Source: Octopus vulgaris (lineage: Eukaryota). Taken from it: a stretch of 64,000 nucleotides of DNA. This document shows, one piece after another, positions 10,880-23,960 of the stretch. The notes beneath the pieces are model-generated. The model was not told the origin of the DNA. It ran no database searches and saw nothing but the letters and a program-made list of their open reading frames with translations. Where the stretch lies: the NCBI GenBank assembly GCA_951406725.2, contig OX597827.1, positions 38,316,001 through 38,380,000 of the forward strand, in the 5' to 3' direction. The translations under genes were made by a program, and so were the position numbers. Position 1 is the first letter of the stretch; each line of letters starts with the position of its first letter.

Positions 10880-11165
10880 TTGGTAAGTTGCTATGTGTCT
10901 TCTGCTATAGCCTCAGACCAACCAAAGCTTTGAGTGTTTTTCGTAGACAGAAACTGAAAGAAATCAATCGTATATATATATAAGTGTATGTGTATGTCTT
11001 TGTGTCTGTGTTTCTCCCTCATCACTACTTGACAACTGCTGTTGGTTTATTTACATCCCCATAACTTACTGGTTTGACAAGAAGTGGCTGATAGAATAAG
11101 TACCAGGCTTATAAAAAAAAAAAAAGCACTCAAGTCGATTCATTCGCTAAAAAATTCTTCAAGGT
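10880..11165 (+). mobile_element. SINE family A, degenerate and truncated
   Basis: Matches central and 3' parts of family A. Confidence 0.75.
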
Positions 11166-11215
11166 AGTGTCTCATATTTTTGTTTGCCCACTCAGTTGTA
11201 TCTATCAATCTATCT

Positions 11216-11262
<47 letters not shown>

Positions 11263-11282
11263 TTTGTATATGTGCATATTTA

Positions 11283-11460
11283 TATCTCTTACATAAAATT
11301 CAATGTCTTTATATGTGTTTGTGTTACTTATAGATTCAAAAACTACTGCACCGATCCTAATGAAATTTGGAACACAAAATCCAAGCCTAGGGAGAAGGGT
11401 AATGCTGTGTGTTTCATACAATTTCATGGACCAAAATTACTGAATGCATCCTTATGATAT
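11283..11460 (+). mobile_element. Helitron-like non-autonomous fragment
   Basis: tcttacataaaattcaatgtc...tgtgtttgtgttac...aaaactactgcaccgatcctaatgaaatttgg motif. Confidence 0.4.
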
Positions 11461-12606
11461 TTGGAACTTAGATTCAATGCAATATGTTTGGTTTGAATTT
11501 CAGATGGCTTAAAGGGGGCAGAACCCCTATGAAAATTCATAAATTTCCGATGTTGATGAAATTTCAACCATAGGTAATTGACACACATCAAGAAGTATTC
11601 CCAAAGTTTCTGTTTCTCATGAGGATTCTAAGACCCCCTAATGAGCATTATTTGTAATTCAGTGGTACAACAGTGTAAGAGTTTGCTTTGAGATAATACT
11701 TAGATTGTGATTTCTGCAATGTGGTGCATAAATTGTCAAGTAAAAGAGAGGCATCTTTGCTTCCACTGATTCAGTTGTAAATTGTTGAGTAAAGTTATTT
11801 GGTTGCAGACCTCCTTTGAGTCTTTTTGTTATCACTGGGTCAGATATAGTCCCTAGATGGTAACATTGATTTCAAGGTCTTCCCAGATAAGTGACTGGTC
11901 ATTCAAAAAGATTTATAGATTGCAAATTTATTCTGTCCAGCTACCTATCAGCATAGTGATCATTAGCAAACTCCAGAGGTGACACTTCCTTTTCCCCTTA
12001 GCCCTCACATCACACATGTTTATTTGAGTTGGGTGAAGCCCTTCCAATTGCTATAGATCCGTAATGCATTTTATGGGAATCCTACATTGGGGAGTGGTAA
12101 TGACTAGGGTGGCTGACTGCTTATTGTGATCATTTGTCTTTTGGTTTCCTGTAGCTTTACTCTCTTTTACACACTCTTCTGAACATTCATATATTTCCAA
12201 TTTCAAAGAAATTTGAACAATAGATATAAGACCCAAGTTTAAAAGATTACCAACAATTCAACTTCTCTGGTTAGCTTTAAGACCCCACCCCCAATAGGGG
12301 CCGGGCCTTAACTTCCACATTTTAGAACTCTATGTGTCCATGTGCTCCATTCTTCAGGAGCAAAAACCTTTGAATAGGTTTCATAAGATTTGTAATTTGG
12401 AATCTAGGCATAAAGATGAGTAGTATGGGATAAATATGTCATGATTAGAATTTTTGTTAGGGTGTGTAAAGAGGGAAAGAACCCTCATTAAAATTCTTAA
12501 TCTGCAACTTTGATGAAATTCGAATCATAGGTATTCCAGTTCAGAGAAAATACAAAAGAAAAGTCTAATTCCATGTGACACAGACAAAGCCAGGTGTCTC
12601 TGCTAG

Positions 12607-12644
<38 letters not shown>

Positions 12645-12646
<2 letters not shown>

Positions 12647-13005
12647 CACAAGTGTGGCTGTGTGGTAAGTAGCTTGCTTACCAATCACATGGTTCCAGGT
12701 TCAGTCCTGCTGCAGGCACCTTGGGTAAGTGTCTTCTACTATAGCCTCGGGCCAACCAAAGCCTTGTGAGTGGATTCAGTCAATAGAAACTGAAAGAAGC
12801 CCGTTGTGTGTGTGTATATGTTTGCGTTTCTCTGTTTGTCCCCCACACCATCGCTTGACAATCGATGTTGGTTCGGCAATAGAGACCAATAGAATAAGTA
12901 CTTGGCTTACAAAAAATAAGTTCTGGAGTCGATTTGATCGACTAAAGGAAGTGCTCCAGCATGACCACAATCAAATGACTGAAACAAATAAAAAAATAAA
13001 AGAAA
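12645..13005 (+). mobile_element. SINE family A
   Basis: Full-length copy next to (TA)n. Confidence 0.9.
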
Positions 13006-13655
13006 ATACAATAATCCTTTGCCTATCACAGGTGTTACATTCCTATACCTCCCATGATAGGTGAAAATCTGCGAAGTAGAAACAGTGCTGTATTGTATAT
13101 TTAAAAAATTATTCTTATAATTTGTATATATTTATTTTATTATAAATGCAAAACATGGCGGAATTGACGTAAGCTTAAATAAATAAACTGCAACTGCAAT
13201 ATGACGAGGGATTACTTTGTGTTTGTTCTGTACCACTACTTTGTAAAAGTTGTGAGGAAACAAAGTCAACTCATGAGAATTTATTCAAAACTCCACTAAT
13301 TCTGATACATTCAGAGCCTACACCTTCTGGTATTTGAAGAAAATTTCAATAAAACTTCAATTTTTTTCTGAAAGTTATGAGGAAGCAGATTGGCGGAAGA
13401 CACACACACATCTAGGTATGACTAACCTAACATAGGAAAAAGATGGGATGGTCACTTCTGGAAATGTCTCTCATCATAGGTCTGTCTGCTCAATCGAGGT
13501 TGTCCTGGGACTAAACAAGATTAATAGTCAGTGTAAGAACTGTGACTGCTGCAGCATTAGTATATGATAACCACTGCAACATTATCACCCGTTGTGTGTT
13601 ATTTTGTGTGTTGTCTTAAGAGAGCAGATCTTGTACTGATGGTTGTTGTGTCAAC

Positions 13656-14420
13656 CAGCACTGGGTTAACCATTAAGCGAAATAAACATGTGCTTAGAGC
13701 ATCAAGGAAAGTGAGGGTGAGTAGAAGGGCACCACAAAAATGGTAAATGGTTTATGGCACAAAAGAAATCACTTCAAGCTTGTTAAAATGATATTCAAAG
13801 TGATTTAAATGATTGGAAATATAATTTTGAAGTGTTCAGGTGTCATAGTGAGGATCTGATCAAAGACTTTGTGATTAAAAAGAACAAGAGAAAACTTTTG
13901 AAATATAAATGAAGTAGAAGTATACAAAAATAAACATTATTTTCCATCTTACTGTTAGTTTTGTTTCATTTTAAAAAAATCTATTTCATAGTTTATTATT
14001 GTTTATATTCTGAATAAAAACCATGACAGCAGGAAGCCCTTTTTGTTCTAGCACCTTCTAATATCCTCCTCGGTATCAGAATGTGACTGGTGGTTGATCT
14101 TTCTTCTTTGAAGCTATTCTGGTTGTCCCTGAGCTTCTCCATCTCGGGCTGGATCCTGTTAGGAATCATCCTGTTGAGTGACATCAGTGAGATCCCTCTG
14201 TAGTTGTTGATGTTAGAAAGATCTCCCTTCTTTGGCACTGGGATGATGTTACTGATTCTCCACTGATTCAGGGCAATTCCTTTTTCCAATGCCTTTAATT
14301 CTGTGGACCATCATTGCTTACCTGCCCTAGATAGAGATAGATATTTTGAATTACATATATTTGGAGCACCAAAATCTTTTGTAAGTGCTTTAGGCCTCTT
14401 TGGGTCTTAATCCAGCTCTG
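13656..14420 (+). mobile_element. hAT-like non-autonomous DNA transposon, interrupted by a LINE RT fragment
   Basis: Colinear with the uninterrupted copy at 52055-52478. Retains a transposase C-terminus-like stretch (SEDLIKDFVIKKNKRK). Confidence 0.65.
14016..14340 (-). pseudogene. Internal fragment of non-LTR retrotransposon reverse transcriptase (RTE/L2-like)
   Basis: ORF 13996-14289 contains W..SNIIPVPKKGDLSNINNYRGISLMS...LRDNQNSFKEERSTTSHI (RT subdomains 1-2). Confidence 0.85.
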
Positions 14421-15354
14421 GTTCCAACTCTAAATCACTCTTAGTATAGGTTAAAACTGTGTCCAAAGTTGTTTGAGTCATGGACCACCCCATTTTTATT
14501 TTCAGACATAGTGTATCTAGGACTGTTATCATTTAATGTATCGTTTATTTTTCTAAAACTATAGGGTGTAAGTTTTGGAAGATTTGGCTGCCATTTCTAG
14601 CAAGTTGACGTTTCTTTGCTATGGTCACTTGATTTGCTAAAATAGCAACCAAATCTTAAAATCACATTCTGCTATTTAAAAAGAAAAGCAAAATGACAAT
14701 AAATAATGCAGTCCAGGGATATACAATGTCTGAAAAAAGACAGGGTTGTCATGGCTGGAATGCCTTTGGTCAGCATTAAACTGGGAGTAAACCACCACAA
14801 CCGCCATAACAACAACTATGATAGACTTAATCATCACCAATTCATAGAGTGAACCTTTCCTCCCACCACCACCACCGCCTCTATTGCTACTGGATGTGTG
14901 GGTGATGATAAGGGATAGGGGAAGAGTATGTGTGAGTATCTACATTTACACTGGAGCCATCATTTGTAAACATGTGGGCGGTAGTTGGGGAGGATGCCAC
15001 ACACCAAGAAAGTGAGTATATAGGGTACAGGGTACAGTCACACCCTGCCGCCCTTGTTTTTATCACAAGCACCTTAAAGTACAGTTTGGTGGGAGTGAAC
15101 CCTAGACCCCCCATCATCACAATGTTGGTTGATGTGTGTACAGGCTTCACACTGGAGCCATTCTAGTAAACAAGTGGTGGTGGAAGTAGCTGACATCCAG
15201 GCCAATAGTTGGAGAGAGGACAGCATGCTGGTTAATCTTACCCTCCCTACACACATCCCTTCCACCATTCATCTCTGCTTCTATGTTTTATGGGTTGTGT
15301 GTGTGTGTGTGTGTGCTGAGTCTATCACCTCCAATTTATCTTGTTCTCATCTTA

Positions 15355-15565
15355 TTTCTTTACTGCCCACAAAGGGCTACACACAGAGGGGACAAACAAG
15401 GACAGACAAACAGGATTAGGTCGTTTTATACACCAGAGCATAACTGGTATTTATTTAATCAACCCTGAAAGGATGAAAGGCAAAGTCGACCTCGGTGGAA
15501 TTTGAACTCAGAACATAACGGCAGACGAAATACCCTTAAGCATTTCTGCCAGCTCGATGCCTTCA
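15355..15565 (-). mobile_element. SINE family B, variant tail subfamily
   Basis: Family B body with tail ...tgtttgtctgtccttgtttgtcccctct...ttgtgggcagtaaagaaataaga, shared with copies at 46190, 53727 and 60236. Confidence 0.85.
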
Positions 15566-15859
15566 TCCTCGCCCTTGCTCTCATCTTGTGGACTTCTGTT
15601 ATCTAACCACATTTAAACCCTGAGTGAGTAGACTTATGCCCAGAAGCATTCCCAACGTGACCATCATGTCTTTTTTTTTTTTCATTTTTTTTTCATTTTT
15701 TGAAGCTTAGCATATATATCTGGGACTACATTCTCCACTATTTCCTTTAACTTTTGCTTAACCCTTTAGCATTTAAACTGGCCATATCCAGCCCAAATAT
15801 GTCAGGTCTAGACTATTACACCTATCCTATAATGTCATCCTAAAAATAGACAATGATAT

Positions 15860-16215
15860 TGTGTGGTAAGTAGCTTGCTTACCAACCACATGGTTCTGGG
15901 TTCAGTCCCACTGCGTGGCACCTTGGGCAAGTGTCTTCTACTATAGCCTCGGGCCGACCAAAGCCTTGTGAGTGGATTTGGTAGACGGAAACTGAAAGAA
16001 GCCCATTGTATATATGTATATATATGTATGTGTATGTGTTTGTGTATCTGTGTTTGACCCCCCCCCAACATCGCTTGACAACCTGGTGTGTCCCTGTAAC
16101 TTAGCGGTTCGCCAAAAGAGACCGATAGAATAAGTACTAGGTTTACAAACAATAAGTCCTGGGATTGGTTTGCTTGACTAAAGGCAGTGCTCCAGTATAG
16201 AGACAATACATGACT
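15860..16215 (+). mobile_element. SINE family A (young)
   Basis: Near-consensus family A body. Confidence 0.9.
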
Positions 16216-16887
16216 AATTCAAAACAATATGAACAAATAAGCTATACCCTTGGCAGAGAAATTTGACCAATGAAGGGGTTAAGCCAGTTTAGATGTGAAA
16301 TGAAGGAGACTTAGATGAGTTTTTTTTTCCAGTTAACTAAGCAACCATGTAGATACTTCCTTGATGCAGACCCTCTTCATTTGGTCAGCTCTTGCTGGAC
16401 CCTACCCCTATGATTTATAAAGCAAGTATCGGTTCTGTACCAGGGTAGATTCTTTAATTAATTAAATTATATATATACCTGTTCCATAAACGTTTGGCCT
16501 TGTGCCAATAAATATTTGAAGTGTTATGTATATATGTATGTAATATGTAATAATAATAATAATAATAATAATATAATTATGATAATGATAATAATCACAA
16601 TGCCTAAAAGCATTCTATCTGATGAAGTACCAACACAACTGTTGCTGAATTATATTCATTTATATAATTATACTATAGAATGACTTTATATAATGATATA
16701 TGAGGGTATCAGGCACAGAAACAGATGTTGTAATTTGCAGCTAAAGCCTGTTTTTTTCCATCATCATGTTTTATAAATTTATAGATACATATACACATAC
16801 ATTACCTCAGTTATTCTTCTTTAGCGTTTTACTCTTTTACTGATTTTAGCCATTGGCATTTATCTACCCTGCAACACTTTTGTCAGT

Positions 16888-17142
16888 GGAGGCATGTGGT
16901 TTAGAGGTTAGGGTGTCGGACTCACGATAGTAAGATTGTGGTTTCAATTCCTGGATTGGGTGATGCATTGTGTTCTTGAGCAAAACACTTCATTTCACAT
17001 TGCTCCAGTCCACTCAGCTGGTAGAAATGAGTAACACTGTGACAGACTGACATCCCGTCCAGGTGGGCAATATATACACCATCAAAACCAGGAAACTAAA
17101 CCTTATGAGTCAGTATGACACGAGAAGGTAACTTTACCTTTA
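16888..17142 (+). mobile_element. SINE family C
   Basis: tRNA-like head, cttgagcaaaacacttcatttcacattgctccagtccactcagctgg, and tail gaaggtaactttaccttt. Confidence 0.85.
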
Positions 17143-17676
17143 CCAGTGTCAAGGGTTTTAGTAATTTGTATGAGGAAGAAAGGCAAAGGTAACGAAAAGT
17201 AAAGGAACATAACTCGATATGACATTTTTTTTTCACACACTGATTTATACTATCCAACATTTACCTATATGTATATATCTATCTGCCTGTTTGTTAACAA
17301 TGGTCAGTCTTAATGTCCATTTGATTTACCTTCTTCATTGCTATTGTTGTTGTTTTTTAGTCCCAGTTTAGCACACCTGTAATCAAAGACATTTCTGTTG
17401 TGATTATATTCGATCTTTTGTAAATCAGAGGCTATATTTTCCATTTCTCTTTTTCTTTTTTGCTGTCAGTTGAGAGGTTTTGCTGCTATTTCTAGCATTT
17501 CAAATTACCATGTAGAGGTCTCGTGTCATTGAAGACTTAAGATATACATACTTACATAATTTTTCCTATTACTAAATAATTATCTTTCATGTGAGAGGGA
17601 AGGTGTGTGTGTATGTGCACACTCACATTACATTTGCAATATAACCAAAAGAAAATATTGTTCAAGAGCATACTGG

Positions 17677-18090
17677 ATGCAGATGTGGTGGCCATGTTAA
17701 GAAGCCTGCATTGCAACTATGAGATTTTGCATTTAGCCTCACTGCACAGCGCCTTGTCGAAGAGTCTTCTACTATGGCCCCTGGCCAACCAAAGCCGTGT
17801 AAGTGCATTTGGTAGATGAAAAATGTGGAATTCCAGTGTGTATATATATTTCTGTGTGTGTGTGTGTGTGTGCGCGCACAAGTGCTTTGTTTGCTTTCCC
17901 CCACTGCTTGACAACTGGTTTTGTTATGTTATGTTCTCATAACCTTGCAGTTCAGCAAAAGAGAATGATAGAATAATAACCAGATCTTTAAAAAAATATG
18001 TACTGGGGTGGATTTGTTCTTCTAAAAGAAGTCTTTCAAGGCAGTGTCTCTGCCTGGCCATAATCCTATGACTAAAACAAGTGAAAAATA
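17677..18090 (+). mobile_element. SINE family A, old
   Basis: Degenerate full-length family A copy. Confidence 0.75.
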
Positions 18091-19244
18091 TAAGATATGA
18101 AATCTTCCCTCAATCATTGTTGCTGATATTCATAATCGATGCTTCAACATTCCTTCCATTTCTCTGTGTATATGGATCTCTCTTTGTCTTGCCAACTGAG
18201 TAGAATATCCTTTGTTATGAAAGTCTAATAAGGCCAAAATAGGTTTTGTTGTTTTTGACCACTAGTCAGTTTTAAAGAGCCAAATCTATTCTATACTCTG
18301 CATTGTGTATGTTGTCCAATAATTTCTGTTAGCTGATCTTAATAAAGTTACCTCCCTTTGTTTCTTTTCTTTTTTTTTCTCTTATTTTTTTAGCTCTCAA
18401 ACAGCCACAAAATTTTGTTTACTAATTGCTAAGATAATCTCAATTGATGGAAGCTTTTCAACTCAGTGAGAGACCTACCATATTCATGTTATTTGATGTG
18501 CTGTGACTATTTTTATTATTATTTATTCTTCTATTTTGCTGCTTTTATTGTTACTATATATGTGTGTGTACGTTGACACAGTATTGGAAGCTGATTATAT
18601 AGAATGTGTTTGGTGTAAGTTGTGCTATGATACTACTGGATTGTGTAGAATCCAAGAAGTGTATTATGATGTATTATGCTGTTGTTTAGTCTCAGGTCAA
18701 GGCTAATTGAACATGCTTATGATCACAGACGATCCAGTCATGACTATTCCAACTTTTTTTTTTCATATATTTTTTTAAAGTTAATACAGTTGGATTTCAG
18801 AGTAGTTTGGCTGTTATTTTAAGCAAACTTAGTGACTGCATAGAAACTCCTCCATGGAGTTGTGAATTTTATATTATATGAATTGTATGAGTTGTGGTTT
18901 TTAGATTAGAAGTTTCTTGTGCAGAAGTACAAAATATGTAGGTCTCTTTTGGGAGCTCTGTGTAAAATTGTGAGTCCTAGTTTTATTTTTCTCATGTTTA
19001 AGGCCATTTTTTTCACGTTAACATTGAACCAATTCTTAGCCATGTTTTTTTTTACTCTTGTTTCTATTCGGAAGTTGTTTTTTTTAAATAGTGTTTTGAC
19101 TGTCACGAGAAGGGTTTAATGTCTTGGATGGAATCGATCAAGTTGTCTTATCAGAATGCACACATTGTCATTTTCGTTACTGATTCCCCCAACCCGTTCT
19201 TCCTGGAGTCATAGTTATGTCATTATTAAGTAATGAATTTAAGG

Positions 19245-19797
19245 GGAAAAATGACAAAACCATTAGCATATTGGACAAAATGTTTAGTGATGTTCTGAGT
19301 TCAATTACTGCTGAGGTTATCTTTGCCTTTTGTCTTTTCTGGGTCGATAAAACAAAAGTGCCAATCGGGTACGGGAGAGGGGGTCAGTGTAATCAACTAC
19401 ACCCTCATCCGTTACTTTAAATTGCTGGCTTTGTGCCAAGATTAGAAAGAATTATTATATAATGAAGTTCATATTCTTTGTATGAAAATATCTGTTGCAT
19501 GTTGTACAATGGATATAAACATACTAATTATGTTAGGGTATGTCAATATACATAACAAAGTATATCTATAATATCATTAAAAAGGCACCGAACTGGCAGA
19601 AATGTTAGCAATCTGGGCGAAATGCTTAGCAGGCATTTCGTTTGTCTTTACATTCTGAGTTCAAATTCCGCCAAGGTCGACTTTGACTTTCAATCTTTTG
19701 GGCTCGAAAAATTAAGTACCAGTCGCGTACTGGGGTCGATCTAATCAACTGGCCCCCTCCCATAAATTTTGGGCCCTGTACCTAGAATAGAAAACAA
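19245..19797 (+). mobile_element. Two SINE family B copies (about 19245-19452 old; 19582-19797 younger)
   Basis: Family B consensus motifs. Confidence 0.85.
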
Positions 19798-20031
19798 TAT
19801 ACATAACAAAGTATTCAAGGCTAATTGACCTGATATTGTTGTCAAGGATACCTAAGACAAAAGTACCTTCTTATTGAAATTATCAGTCCTAACAGAATGA
19901 TGGATATATTCTCTCAAAGAAATGTAGAAATTATCCAAATATAAAGATCTGAAAATAGAGATAGCCTTAATGTAGGGGCTGAAAACAGAAACGATCTCTA
20001 TAAGTAACTTGAGAATGATACAGAAGAAAAA

Positions 20032-21082
20032 TGCAGGCATGGCTACGTTGCATTGCAGCCACATGGTTTCAGGTTCAGTCCCACTGAAGAACTCTTTTGA
20101 ATTAGTGTCTTCAGCTATAGTCCTGGGCCAACGAATGCCCTGTGAGGGAATTTGGTTGATGGAAACTGTGTGGAAGCCTGTTAGATATGTCTGTATGTGC
20201 ATCTAGTTGTCTGTCTGTCTATATTCTTTTATTTGTTTCGGTCATTTGATTGTGGCCATGCAGGAGCACCACATTTAGTCAAACGAATCGATCCCAGGAC
20301 TTATTCTTTGTAAGCCTAGTACTTATTCTATCGGTCTCTTTTGCCGAACCGCTAAGTTACAGGGGCATAAACACACCAACATTGGTTGTCAAACAATGGA
20401 GGGGGGGAACGGACACAGACACGCAGACACACACACATACATATATATATATACATATATAGTCACAATGAAGATATTTAAATCCCTTATGGGGATATTT
20501 ATCCAAGATACACTGATTTAATATATTAAATTTTGAAGAGATATTTCTTCAATCAATATATTATATAGAATATCATAAGTTATCAAACATTTTTATTGAG
20601 TTATAAAACAGAGAGATCTGATGGATACAATTTAATTTATTAATTAATCAACATATATAAATAAAACATATAAAATATATTTATATATGTTTTGTAATTT
20701 TAATTTTGTTTGTGAAATGGAACAATTGTTGGTGAATATGTTGATAGATTAATAAATTAATTTGTATCCATTAGATCTCTCTGTTTTCTTACTTTCATCA
20801 CCATCATCATTTAGCGTCCGCTTTCCATGCTAGCATGGGTTGGACGGTTCAACTGGGGTGCGTGAAGCTGGAAGGCTTCGTCAGGCCCAGTCAGATCTGG
20901 CAGTGTTTCTACGGCTGGATGCCCTTCCTAACGCCAACCACATATATACACATACACAATAGGCTTCTTTCAGTTTCCGCCTACCAAATCCACTCACAAG
21001 GCTTTAGTCAGCCTAAGGCTATAATAGAAGACACTTGCCCTATGTGCCACGCAGTGAAACTGAACCTGGAACCATTTAGTTG
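20032..21082. mobile_element. Nested locus: family A head (+, 20032-20205) and family A copy (-, 20225-21082) whose (TA)n holds an AT-rich fold-back insert and a family D element
   Basis: Family A(-) halves at 20225-20460 and 20941-21082. Inverted arms at 20605-20656 / 20736-20787. Family D at 20796-20940. Confidence 0.8.
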
Positions 21083-21344
21083 ATATATATATAAGGGTAA
21101 AATTAATTAATTAATCAATCAGTCATGTTGATTCATTATTTTTCTCTTTGCTTACATAAAAAAGTGTGTTACTATCTGGGAGATTCTTACGGTGGGTCCC
21201 AATAGCATATGCTAGTTTACCCCCACTGCATCATGCTGGTTCTGTACCCCCTTGAGCAAATTCACTCATCCGTCCACAAACATTCTCTGAGCTTTCCTAT
21301 CATTTATAAACTCTCTTGCCTCTCTCACTCCAATTCTTCTAACC

Positions 21345-21712
21345 ACAAAGCTTTCCTCATTCCATCCATCCACACAAACCAAAGTCTACCTCTAGTTCTC
21401 CTGCCTACCACTTCTGCCTTCATCATCCTCCTTACTATCTGCTCCTCATCCAACCTCTCCATATGGCCAAACCACCTCAATATTCATCTATCCATTTTGG
21501 TTGTTAGTTTTTCTCTCATTCCTGCTCACCTTCGCACCTCCTCATTCCTCATCCTGTCCATCCATGTTACACTAACCATAGCCCTCAAACATCACATCTC
21601 AGACACATCTAGTTGCCCTCCCCCCCACGTTTCTGCACCATATAACATTGTCAACACAACCACACCCTCATACACCCCTATTTTCACTTTCATACTCAGC
21701 CTTTTATCTTGC
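21345..21712 (-). pseudogene. RTE-clade LINE ORF C-terminal remnant
   Basis: Minus-strand translation gives GVYEGVVVLTMLYGAETW and LRWFGHMERLDEEQIVRRMMKAEVVGRRTRGR...WMDGM, typical RTE C-terminal motifs. Confidence 0.85.
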
Positions 21713-22897
21713 ACTTCTAAATACACAAAATATTTTAACATTTTTTAAATACAATTGCTAATAATTAATTATAACAATTCTGCTGAGGTTGACTTTGCCT
21801 TTCATCCTTTCGGGGTCGATAAATTAAGTACCAATTGCATACTGGGGTCGATCTAATCAACTAGCCTTCTCCTCCAAAATTTCAGGCCTTGTACCTAGAG
21901 TAGAAAAGAATATTTAGTTATAAGAATATAATAGGATTTTTTAAATAGCAAATGGCTACAGCAGTCCATCCAATTAAGATAGGAAACAAAAAAGGGTCCA
22001 CAGACAAAAAAAATATAGTTGAGAACCCCTAGCAGTGCACCAGCATGGCCACCATCTAATGACTGAAACAAGTAATAGAAAAAGGGATAAAAATTTAAAA
22101 TATAAAGAAGAAAGAAAAAAATAACATACATGGTGTACCAACGGGATTTGAACCTAGATCAGAAGAGTTGGCAGCAGGAAGCAATTAAAGTTCAGTAGTG
22201 TGAGAAGGGTGAAGAAGGTTTGAAGAGAAGGGCATGAAATGAATTATTGGTTAACCCTTCAACTTTCAACTGTTATTAAGTGCATAGTCTGACAAAAAAA
22301 AAATATAATCTGTCTCCTCTTTCTCTCTTTATTCTCTGTATTCCTCATTCTCTTTCTTTCTCCATTTAAAAATGGCAACTGATTGACCTCTCTGACACCT
22401 CAGACCTCAGGGAGGACCAGTGGAGAGTATGAGTGGGGTAGAATGACACAAGTATGTTCATCCTCCTGTAAAGAAAGAAAAAAAAAAAGAAAAAATACCC
22501 ATCATCACCATCACCAACTCTGCTAATATTCTCTAAAAGTACCCTCAATGAAACTGTTGCACTAAAAGGTAGTACCCTGCTCCCTGTTCTTTTTTTGTAT
22601 ATTATTTTCTCTTTACATACACTTCAAAACAAAAGTTTCTTTATGTACAAACAACTAAGCATAAAAAGAAAACACAAGCACACACAGGAATAGATACACA
22701 TGGACTCACACAGACAACCATTCAAGAACATAGACACACATGTATGAGCACAGTGTTAGGAAGCATGCAAGTTTAAACAAAACAAAACAAAATCCCATAA
22801 AATGCCTAGTATACTGTTAAAAAACACTATTATTAAATAAAGAGCCAGTGAAGTACTGGTCCATGTAATTCACTGTAGCTCACCCCCACCCCCAGCA

Positions 22898-23756
22898 GAG
22901 CTGGCACAGTCATTAGCACATCAGACAAATGGCTTAGTGGTATTTTTTTTCCAGCTATTTATGTTCTGAGTTCAGATCCCACCTAAGTCATATTTGCCTT
23001 TTATCCCTCCAGGGTTGATAAAATAATAATACTTCTCAAATACTAGGGTTGATGTAATCAACTTGTCCAAAACACCCGTTAAAAATTGCTGGCCTTGTGC
23101 CAAAATGAGAAAGAATTGTTATTAAGGTGCAGGCATGGCTGTGCTTCCCAGCCACATGGTTTCAGGTTCAGTCCCACAGCACGGCACCTTGGATAAGTGT
23201 CTTCTATAGCCTCAGGCCAACCAGAGCTTTGTGAGTGTATTCAGTAGACAGAAGCTGAAAGAAGCTTGCTGTATACACCATACAGGCATATCTCTTGCGT
23301 CCCTCTCCAGGTGAGCATTTCTAATCTTACAGGCTGTGGATGCTGGTGTTGCATTAAAAGCACTTAGTACACTCTGTGAAGTGGTTGACATTAGGAAGGG
23401 CATCCAGCCTTAGAAACCATGCCAAAACAGATATGAAGCATAGGCAGTTCTTCAGCTGGCCAGCTACCATCAAACTGTCCAACCCATGCTAGCATGGAAA
23501 ATGGACGTTAAATGATGATGATGATATATGTATGTGTGTATCTTTATGTCTGTGTTTGTCTCCCCACCCCACTTGACAACCAGCGTTCATGTGTTTACAT
23601 CCCTGTAACTTAGCGATTCAGCAAAAGAAACCAACAGAATAAGTACAAGACTTTAAAAAAAAATAGTCCTAGGGTTGATTTGTTCAACGCAAAACCATTC
23701 AAAGCAGTCCCCCAGCATGGCCACAGTCAAATGACTGAAATAAGTAAAAGATAAAG
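22898..23756 (+). mobile_element. SINE B (22898-23118) followed by SINE A (23126-23756) carrying a family D insert (about 23335-23523)
   Basis: Family motifs; the D insert ends in (TGA)n. Confidence 0.8.
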
Positions 23757-23960
23757 TTGAGCAAAAAACTTAGTAAAATTTCTTCTAGATTTTTATATTC
23801 TGAGTTAAAAATTCCACTAAAGTCATTTTTGCCTTTCATCTAAGATCCAGTCAAGCACCTTCCCTGCAATTGCTGCCTTGTGCCAAAACTTGAAACCATT
23901 GGCACCTACCTTCACTGCTTTCTACAAGTTGGGCAATGCAGTTGGTGAAAGTTCTACATA

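Noticed and set aside
14870-15270. Purine-rich block with internal ~40-bp repeat and FTNDGS (RNase H-like) motif
   Set aside because: A single short motif with no other RNase H residues recognisable.
15835-16206. Recurrent ORF family 'ASFSFRLPNPLTRLWSARGYSRRHLPKVP'
   Set aside because: Antisense translation of SINE family A, not a gene family.
21209-21748. 179-aa plus-strand ORF
   Set aside because: Antisense shadow of the RTE remnant.
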